From NCBI GenBank assembly GCA_046598045.1, contig JBKJJJ010000058.1, forward strand, positions 1-16,180: 16,180 bases of DNA, read 5' to 3'. The translations under genes and the position numbers were made by a program. Below, in pieces: positions 10,008 through 16,180 of the stretch. How positions within the stretch are numbered: position 1 is the stretch's first letter; every line of letters begins with the position of its first letter. Below the pieces are notes generated by a model, which made no database searches, had not been told where the DNA came from, and saw only the letters and a program-made list of their open reading frames with translations. This stretch comes from Candidatus Eiseniibacteriota bacterium. GTDB lineage: Bacteria > Eisenbacteria > RBG-16-71-46 > DASYSL01.

Positions 10008-12334
10008 GGGCGCTCCTCCTCGAGCGCCGCGAGCAGGCGCTCCATCAGCGGCCATGGTCCGACCGTGATGCGCACCGCGTCCCCGACGCGGGCCAGGCCG
10101 GGGAACGCACGCACCTGGACGCCCCGCGCCGCGAGCCCGGCCGCGCATGCGGTCGCGTCGGCCACGGGGACGAGCAGGAAGTTCGCCCGCGACGGCAGCG
10201 GCGCCAGCCCCCGCGCGCGCAACTCCACGGCCAGCCGCTCGCGGATCCGGATCGCCTCGGCCGCGAAGCCGGCCACCCAGACGGAGTCCTCGCCCAGCGC
10301 GGCGAGGGCGGCCCGCTCGGCGACACCGCCGACTCTGTAAGGCCCGCGAACCGCCGCGAGTCTTGCCACGATCGCGCGCGGACCAATGCCATACCCGACG
10401 CGCAGGCCGGCCAGGGCGAACGCCTTGCTGAACGTGCGCGTCACCAGCAGGCGCGGGTGCCGCGGCGGCGCGGACGCAAGCCCCGCGCTCTCGAACTCGG
10501 CGTAGGCCTGGTCGAGGATCACGATCCCGTCCGTCCGCTCGAGCACCTCGGCCAGCGCGGCGTCCGCGACCAGCTCCCCGGTGGGATTGTTCGGCGAGCA
10601 CAGGTAGATCAGCGCCGGCGCGCCCTCGAGCAGCGCGTCGATGTCCGGGGCGCCGCCCGCGAGCGCGCGCACGGGATGGGCGCGCAGCCGGTTGTGGCGC
10701 GCGAACTCGGGGAGCATCGAGAACGTGGGGTCGGACCACGCCACGAGGTCCCCCGGTGCGGCCAGCGCGCGGAACGCGAAGTCGAGCACGTCGTCCGATC
10801 CGCAACCGGTCACGATCTCCTCCGGCGCCGCGCCGGTATACCCGGCGAGCGCGTCGCGCAAGGCATCGGACTCGGCGCTGGGATAACGCGGCAGGCCACG
10901 CGCCGCGCCCGCGAGCGCGGCCGCCGCACCCGGCGGGACGCCGAACAGGTTCATGTTGTCGTCGAGCGCGATCATCGCAGGAACCACGACCGCGCGATGG
11001 ACACCGCCCGCCGCTGCCGCCTCGGCGTGCCCCGGCAGGCCCTCGATCCGGGCGAATACGCTGACGTCGCCGGATAGCGCCGCCGCGGCTTCGGGCGTCA
11101 CGCGCTGCCACGTCGTCCAGCGCACGAAGTCGTGCGTCGACAGCCCGGAAGCGAGCCGCGCGAAGCCCGCGGTCGGCAGCACGTGATTGGAGCCGGTGAG
11201 ATAGTCCCCGAACGCCACCGAGGTCTCCGTGCCCAGGCACACGGTTCCGGCGTTGCGTACGCGTGCGAAAGCCACCTCCGGATCGCGCACCGCGAGCTGC
11301 AGGTGTTCCGGGGCGAAGCGCTCGGCAAAGGCGAGCGCTTCGTCGAGCGTCGCCACCTCGAGCACCCCGCCCGCAGCCGCGAGCGACGCGCGCACGATCG
11401 ATGCGCGCCCGGCCCGTGGAACCAGGCGCGCGAGTTCGTCGACGACGCGCGCGGCCAGGTCCGGCCCCACGACGAGCGCAATCGCGACCGCCTCGGGATC
11501 GTGCTCCGCCTGCGCGATCAGCTCGAGCGCGACGCGCGACCCGTCGGCCGTGTCATCGGCGATCACGAGCAGTTCGCTCGGCCCCGCCGGGGCGTCGATT
11601 GCGGCGGCGCCGTCGCCCGCGACCAGGCGCTTGGCGGCCGCGACATAGGCGTTTCCAGGGCCGACGATCTTCGCCACACGCGGCACGCTTTCCGTGCCAT
11701 AGGCAAGCGCGGCGATTGCGCCCGCGCCGCCGAGCGCGAACACGCGGTCCACTCCCGCGATCGCCGCCGCGGCGAGCACGAGATCGTCCGGCGCGCCGCC
11801 CGGCCCCGGTGGCGAGCACAGCACGATCTCGCGCACGCCGGCGACCCGCGCCGGCACCGCGCCCATGAGCACGCTGCTCGGATAGAGCGCCCGCCCACCG
11901 GGCGCATACACGCCGACGCGGTCGAACGGATCCGGGCGCCGGCCGACCACGACGCCCGGCTCGGTCTCAGCCTCGCTCGCGACCGGCGCGGACGCGCGGT
12001 GCGCCGCCTCGAGATTGCGTGCGGCGCGCTCGAGCACCGCGCGCAGCGCGGGGTCGAGGCGAGCGAGCGCGGCATCCACGCGGCCGCGCGGCACCTCCAG
12101 CGCGTCCAGGGAGGCGCCATCGAACTCGCGAGCGAGCGCGCGCAGCGCGGCGTCGCCCTCGCGACGCACGCGCGCGACGATTTCCATCGCGGTCGTGCGC
12201 ACGCGCGCGTCTTCTGCCTGAGCGCGGTCGCACAGAGCACCCAGGTCGGCGGGAGCGAGGGCCGCGAGCCGGCCGCGGTAGCGGAGCGCGAGCGTGTCCA
12301 CACCCCCGTCCAATGGCCGTGACGTGCCGCTCAT
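10004..12334 (-). CDS. hisD: Fused histidinol dehydrogenase (HisD, N-terminal ~440 aa) and histidinol-phosphate aminotransferase (HisC, C-terminal ~320 aa)
   Basis: One 776-aa frame. HisD motifs: VGVYAPGG, GPGNAYV, PAGPSE, QAEHDP, APEHL, GDY..GSNHVLPT, EGLPGHA. HisC motifs: LDDNMN, YP, GCGSDD, CSPNNPTG, DQAY, RTFSKAFALAGLRVGY (PLP lysine), ANF, RITVG. Confidence 0.9.
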   Translation of the reverse strand: MSGTSRPLDGGVDTLALRYRGRLAALAPADLGALCDRAQAEDARVRTTAMEIVARVRREGDAALRALAREFDGASLDALEVPRGRVDAALARLDPALRAVLERAARNLEAAHRASAPVASEAETEPGVVVGRRPDPFDRVGVYAPGGRALYPSSVLMGAVPARVAGVREIVLCSPPGPGGAPDDLVLAAAAIAGVDRVFALGGAGAIAALAYGTESVPRVAKIVGPGNAYVAAAKRLVAGDGAAAIDAPAGPSELLVIADDTADGSRVALELIAQAEHDPEAVAIALVVGPDLAARVVDELARLVPRAGRASIVRASLAAAGGVLEVATLDEALAFAERFAPEHLQLAVRDPEVAFARVRNAGTVCLGTETSVAFGDYLTGSNHVLPTAGFARLASGLSTHDFVRWTTWQRVTPEAAAALSGDVSVFARIEGLPGHAEAAAAGGVHRAVVVPAMIALDDNMNLFGVPPGAAAALAGAARGLPRYPSAESDALRDALAGYTGAAPEEIVTGCGSDDVLDFAFRALAAPGDLVAWSDPTFSMLPEFARHNRLRAHPVRALAGGAPDIDALLEGAPALIYLCSPNNPTGELVADAALAEVLERTDGIVILDQAYAEFESAGLASAPPRHPRLLVTRTFSKAFALAGLRVGYGIGPRAIVARLAAVRGPYRVGGVAERAALAALGEDSVWVAGFAAEAIRIRERLAVELRARGLAPLPSRANFLLVPVADATACAAGLAARGVQVRAFPGLARVGDAVRITVGPWPLMERLLAALEEERP

Positions 12335-13200
12335 GGCATGAGCCTTTCGATCCGGGTCACGAGGATCCCCTCGGCCCCGAGCGCCTTGAGCTCGGCCGTG
12401 GTGCGATAGATCGCGGCGGCGTCGACCACCGCGTGCACCGCCACCATGAGCCCTCCATTCAGGATCTCGACCACCGTCGGGCCATTGAGCCCGGGAAGCA
12501 CGTCCTTCACCTGCGCGAGCGCGGATCGGGGCACGTTCGCCATCAGGTAGCGACGTCCGCGCGCACGCAGCACCGAGCCGAGCGCCGAGGCCAGGTCCGC
12601 GAGCGGGCGACTACGCCCTTCCTCGGCCGCGCGCACCGCGTCGGCGGGGGCGATCAGCCGCGCGCTCGAGTCCATCACGGTGCACAGCTCGCGCAGCCCG
12701 TTGACGCGCAGGGTCGATCCGGTCGAGACGAGATCCATGACCACCCGCGCGGTGCCCAGGTGCGGCGCAACCTCGGCCGCGCCGGAGACCGGAACGATCT
12801 CGACCGCCACGCCGCGCTCGGCGAAGAAGTCGCGCGCGATGCGCGGGAACGGCGTCGCGACGCGCTCCCCGGGCGTCAACGCCTCGAGCGTGGTGAGCGC
12901 GCGATCCTCGACCACCGCGACGACCAGGCGGCACGCCCCGAAGCCGAGGTCGAGGACGGTTTCGAGCTCGCGGCCCGACTCGAGGACGAGGTCCCAACCC
13001 GTGACCCCGACGTCGGCGACACCGTCGGCCACGAACTCGGGGATGTCGCGCGCGCGCACGAACAGCGCCTGGAACTCGTCGCCGAGCGAGGCGGTGAGCG
13101 CGCGCTCGCCGGACGAGCGAACCTCGAGCCCGGCATCGTTGAACAATTCTCGGGCGTCCTCGGAGAGACGGCCCTTGTTGGGAAGCGCGATGCGCAGCAT
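12331..13200 (-). CDS. hisG: ATP phosphoribosyltransferase, long form with C-terminal regulatory domain
   Basis: 289 aa; MLRIALPNKGRL, RARDIP..V..G.ADVGVTGWD, DLVSTGSTLRVNGL, LPGLNGPTV, LKALGAEGILV. SD GGGAG upstream. Confidence 0.96.
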   Translation of the reverse strand: MLRIALPNKGRLSEDARELFNDAGLEVRSSGERALTASLGDEFQALFVRARDIPEFVADGVADVGVTGWDLVLESGRELETVLDLGFGACRLVVAVVEDRALTTLEALTPGERVATPFPRIARDFFAERGVAVEIVPVSGAAEVAPHLGTARVVMDLVSTGSTLRVNGLRELCTVMDSSARLIAPADAVRAAEEGRSRPLADLASALGSVLRARGRRYLMANVPRSALAQVKDVLPGLNGPTVVEILNGGLMVAVHAVVDAAAIYRTTAELKALGAEGILVTRIERLMP

Positions 13201-13216
13201 GGAAGACTCCCGTGGG

Positions 13217-13254
13217 AAAAAGAAAACGGCCCGTTCGTGGAGCGAACGAGCCGT
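13217..13254 (-). terminator. Intrinsic (attenuator) terminator upstream of hisG
   Basis: Minus-strand RNA ACGGCUCGUUCG-CUCCA-CGAACGGGCCGU (12-bp stem, one G-U) followed by UUUCUUUUU, ending 16 nt before the hisG ATG. Confidence 0.9.
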
Positions 13255-13278
13255 CGGGACAGCGTCTGGATTTCGGAG

Positions 13279-13371
13279 CTACAAGAGACTCGTCTCCGCC
13301 CAAGCGCATGCGCCGCGACCCGTGGGGCCGTGCACGTGATGCGCATGATGATGGCGAAGGACGAAGTTCAT
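13279..13371 (-). CDS. hisL: his operon leader peptide MNFVLRHHHAHHVHGPTGRGACAWAETSLL (30 aa)
   Basis: ATG 13371 to TAG 13279; 6 His in 8 consecutive codons; lies between the promoter and the terminator upstream of hisG. Confidence 0.88.
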   Translation of the reverse strand: MNFVLRHHHAHHVHGPTGRGACAWAETSLL

Positions 13372-13380
13372 GACTGCTCG

Positions 13381-13409
13381 AGAGTAGGAGCCGGGCCGAC
13401 CCGAGTCAA
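13381..13409 (-). promoter_or_regulatory. sigma70-type promoter of the his operon
   Basis: TTGACT (13409-13404), 17-bp spacer, TACTCT (13386-13381). The -35 box overlaps the glycosylase TGA stop. Confidence 0.8.
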
Positions 13410-14323
13410 GGGCGATCTCGATTCATGGGTCCCTCCTCCCACTCCTCGATCGTCCGCGGCCAGTCGTCCTTCAGCAGACGGGACAGCGCCCGGTCCGCGA
13501 GCAGGCGGCCCTCGGTCTGGCAGCGCGGACAGTAGTTGACCTCGTTCTCCGCATACGCGATGCGCTGGACCGGCGTCCCGCATGTCGGGCAGGGCTTGCC
13601 ATACCGGCCATGCACCGCCATGCCCGGCCGAAATGCGGTCACGCGCTCCGGGAAGGCCGCCCCGGTCTCGGCGCGCAAACGGTCGGTCCACTCGCGCAAC
13701 ACCGCCTGCACGGCCTTGTGCAGCCGGGCGACCTCCGCGGGCGAGAGCTGCCGGGTCAGCCGCAGCGGCGAGAGCCCGGCGCGGTGCAGGATCTCGTCCG
13801 AATACGAGTTCCCGATCCCCGAAAACAGCCGCGGGCTCGAGAGCGCGCGCTTGAGCGTGTGATTCTCGAGTGCGAGCCGTGTAGCAAACTCGACGGGCGT
13901 GGCGGCTAGCGGCTCGAGCCCGCCCGGATCGAGCGCCGCGAGGTCGGCCTCGCCGGCAAGGTAATGAACCGCCGCGCGCTTCTTCGTTCCCGCCTCGGTC
14001 AACGTCAGCGTTCCTGAGGAACACCGGAGCACCGCCTGCAGCGTCTTCCCCGGGGATCGCGGAGTCATGTCGGGGTCGGCCCAGTGCAGCCGCCCCGCGA
14101 TCATGAGATGGACGACCAGCCAGCGTTCGCCGGAGAGCGCGAGCACGATGCGCTTGCCCATTCTTGAAACCGACAGCACGCTTCGGCCCGTCGAATCGGC
14201 AAGCGGAGGTTCCGCGGTACGCAGGAGATTGGGCCCGCGCACGAGCACCGATTCGACCCGCGCTCCCACCAGCCTGCGTTCCAGGTGCTCGACGTAGACC
14301 GTCACGTCCGGCAATTCAGGCAT
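13406..14323 (-). CDS. Fpg/Nei family DNA glycosylase/AP lyase
   Basis: 305 aa; N-terminal MPELPDV (catalytic Pro2/Glu3), RMGK, H2TH motif SGIGNSYSDEILHRA, zinc finger CPTC...CPRCQ. Confidence 0.92.
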   Translation of the reverse strand: MPELPDVTVYVEHLERRLVGARVESVLVRGPNLLRTAEPPLADSTGRSVLSVSRMGKRIVLALSGERWLVVHLMIAGRLHWADPDMTPRSPGKTLQAVLRCSSGTLTLTEAGTKKRAAVHYLAGEADLAALDPGGLEPLAATPVEFATRLALENHTLKRALSSPRLFSGIGNSYSDEILHRAGLSPLRLTRQLSPAEVARLHKAVQAVLREWTDRLRAETGAAFPERVTAFRPGMAVHGRYGKPCPTCGTPVQRIAYAENEVNYCPRCQTEGRLLADRALSRLLKDDWPRTIEEWEEGPMNRDRP

Positions 14324-14450
14324 GACGGAAACCTATCATGTCGCGCTGCCGTAGAGCCCCCGTCGCTGGCCCCGGGCACCCTTCTCCCAAGGCGCCCCAC
14401 GCCCCGCACCCCGAACGCCCATTCGATCCCGGCACCACCGGAGGTTCCCC

Positions 14451-15557
14451 ATGGAAGTCCCCGTTTTCGCCCGGCGGCCGGGTTCCCGCCGGCGCCTCCT
14501 GTACGGCGCCATCGCGCTCGCCGTGGTGGCGATCGTGGTCGTCGGCCTGCTGGTCGCGAAGAACGGCCAGGCCAACAACGCCAAGTCCAAAAAGGGCAAG
14601 AAGGACGACGGGCCCACCGCCGCCCCGGTCGAGCTGACGACCGTCGGTCGGGGGGCGATCTCGACGTTCCTCGAGACCACGACCGTGCTCGAGGCGGCGA
14701 ACACCGCCGTCCTGGTCGCCCGCCGACAGGGGCAGGTCAGGGCGCTGCTGGTCGAGGAGGGGCAGAACGTCTCGACCGGCCAGGCGCTGGCCCGACTCGA
14801 CGACGCCGAGGCGCGCATCGCGCTCGGCCGCGCGCAGGCCATGTTCGACCAGGCGAAGCGCGACGCCGAGCGCGGCACCGCGCTCGAGACGCGCGGCCTC
14901 AGCTCGGCGGCCTCGATGGACGACCTCAAGCTCAAGCTCGAGAACGCGAAGCAGAGTCTCGCGCAGGCGCAGTACGACCTCGCCCAGACGCGCATCGTCG
15001 CGCCGTTCAGCGGCAAGGTGGTGACGCGCATGATCCAGCTCGGCGAGACCGTCACGCCGGGCAAGGAGTGCTTCCGCGTCGACGACTTCACGCCGCTGCT
15101 CGCGAAGGTCTACTTCCCCGAGCGCGACCAGGCGCAGGTCCACATCGGCCAGGCCGCGACGATCGAGGTCACGGCGCTCCCGGGCACAGTCTATCCGGCG
15201 AAGGTCACGCTCGTGAACCCGACGGTCGACCAGACGAACGGCACGTTCAAGGTCACGCTCGAGGTCAACGACACGAAGGGCGTACTCCGGCCCGGCAGCT
15301 TCGCGCGCGTGCGCCTGACCAGCGGCTCGTTCGCCGACGCGATCGTGCTGCCGAAGAAGGCCGTGGTCACCGAGGACGGGGACTCGTTCGTGTTCATCGC
15401 GGCCGGCGACTCCGTCAATCGCGTCGCCGTCAAGATGGGCGCGGTCTCGGGCGACACCGCGCAGATCCTCGCCGGCCTGGCCCCGGGGCAGAAGGTGGTC
15501 TCGGTCGGACAGGGCGGCCTCAAGCAGGGCTCGCGCATCAAGGCCGTCGCCTTCTAG
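14451..15557 (+). CDS. RND efflux periplasmic adaptor (membrane fusion protein)
   Basis: 368 aa; N-terminal TM anchor, lipoyl half-motifs (GQVRALLVEEGQNVSTGQALARLD; IVAPFSGKV..GETV..G), alpha-hairpin, LRPGSFARV, GLAPGQKVV..GQ..LK.G; SD GGAGG. Confidence 0.93.
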   Translation: MEVPVFARRPGSRRRLLYGAIALAVVAIVVVGLLVAKNGQANNAKSKKGKKDDGPTAAPVELTTVGRGAISTFLETTTVLEAANTAVLVARRQGQVRALLVEEGQNVSTGQALARLDDAEARIALGRAQAMFDQAKRDAERGTALETRGLSSAASMDDLKLKLENAKQSLAQAQYDLAQTRIVAPFSGKVVTRMIQLGETVTPGKECFRVDDFTPLLAKVYFPERDQAQVHIGQAATIEVTALPGTVYPAKVTLVNPTVDQTNGTFKVTLEVNDTKGVLRPGSFARVRLTSGSFADAIVLPKKAVVTEDGDSFVFIAAGDSVNRVAVKMGAVSGDTAQILAGLAPGQKVVSVGQGGLKQGSRIKAVAF

Positions 15558-15572
15558 GCGCAGGAGACCCCC

Positions 15573-16180
15573 ATGCGCATTGCCGACGGATCCCTCAAGC
15601 GGCCGGTCACGGTCGCGATGGCGACGCTCGCGGTCGTCCTGTTCGGCGCGGTCGCGCTGTCGCGCCTCGGCGTCGAGCTGCTGCCGAACATCTCGTATCC
15701 GTCGCTCACCGTGCGCACGGACCTGCCGGACGCCGCCCCAGGCGACGTGGAGCAGTTCGCCACCAAGCCGATCGAGGAGGGCGTCGGCGTCGTCGCCGGC
15801 CTCGTCCACATGCACTCGGTGTCGCGCCCCGGGCAGAGCGAGGTCACGCTCGAGTTCGCCTCGAACACGCGCATGGACCTGGCGTCGCTCGCGGTGCGCG
15901 AGAAGCTCGACCTCGTGACCCTGCCGCGCGAGGCGAAGCGCTCCGCGATCCTGCGCTTCGACCCCTCGCTCGACCCCATCCTGCGCACGCGCCTGGCGGG
16001 TGGGCACAACCTGCAGCGCCTGCGCCGCATCGCCGACCGCACGGTCAAGTCCGACCTCGAGGGCGTCGCCGGCGTGGCCGCGGTGCGCATCGCCGGCGGC
16101 GAGGAAGAGGAGATCCAGGTCGACGTCGATGCCGGCCAGCTCTCAGCCGTCGGGCTCACGCTCGCCGACGTCACGCAGCG
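15573..16180 (+). CDS. RND efflux permease (AcrB/AcrD/AcrF family), 3'-truncated by the window edge
   Basis: Absent from the ORF track because there is no stop in the window. SD AGGAG, ATG 15573: MRIADGSLKRPVTVAM..LFG.....LGVELLPNISYPSLTVRT..P.AAP.DVEQ..TKPIEE, then S.S..G.S.V.LEF and GG.EEEIQV.VD, the canonical RND N-terminus. Confidence 0.93.
   Translation, partial: MRIADGSLKRPVTVAMATLAVVLFGAVALSRLGVELLPNISYPSLTVRTDLPDAAPGDVEQFATKPIEEGVGVVAGLVHMHSVSRPGQSEVTLEFASNTRMDLASLAVREKLDLVTLPREAKRSAILRFDPSLDPILRTRLAGGHNLQRLRRIADRTVKSDLEGVAGVAAVRIAGGEEEEIQVDVDAGQLSAVGLTLADVTQ

Noticed and set aside
6757..11240. Track starts for hisIE (8337), hisF (8789), hisA (9849) and hisH (11240) implying further fusions
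   Set aside because: Those extensions overlap the upstream his gene in another frame. Real starts lie at the stop/start overlaps 7365, 8123, 9399 and 10007. Only HisD-HisC has both domains in the same frame.

Overview
A very GC-rich bacterial chromosomal window; codon style and protein families loosely suggest Gemmatimonadota, Ca. Eisenbacteria or Myxococcota (inference only). Left to right: (1) a three-subunit sdhCAB operon (sdhC cut by the window edge), with a ~130-bp hairpin insertion between sdhC and sdhA, followed by a PEP-mutase/ICL-family gene and a nitrilase; (2) a stand-alone accessory HNH nuclease gene (helical N-domain, palindrome-encoded linker, RHH-like segment, Zn-HNH, RuvA-domain-III-like tail) with its own putative promoter; (3) a minus-strand histidine operon hisG-hisD::hisC-hisH-hisA-hisB-hisF-hisIE, with an in-frame HisD-HisC fusion and a complete His-codon attenuator (near-leaderless 30-aa leader) that the ORF track does not list; (4) an Fpg/Nei glycosylase divergent from an RND efflux adaptor and a permease that runs off the right edge. 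The best candidates for undescribed biology are the HNH cassette with its intragenic perfect palindromes and RuvA-like tail, the HisDC fusion, the attenuator, and the direct-repeat-flanked REP doublet in sdh. All family assignments come from motif recognition by eye; no database searches were run.
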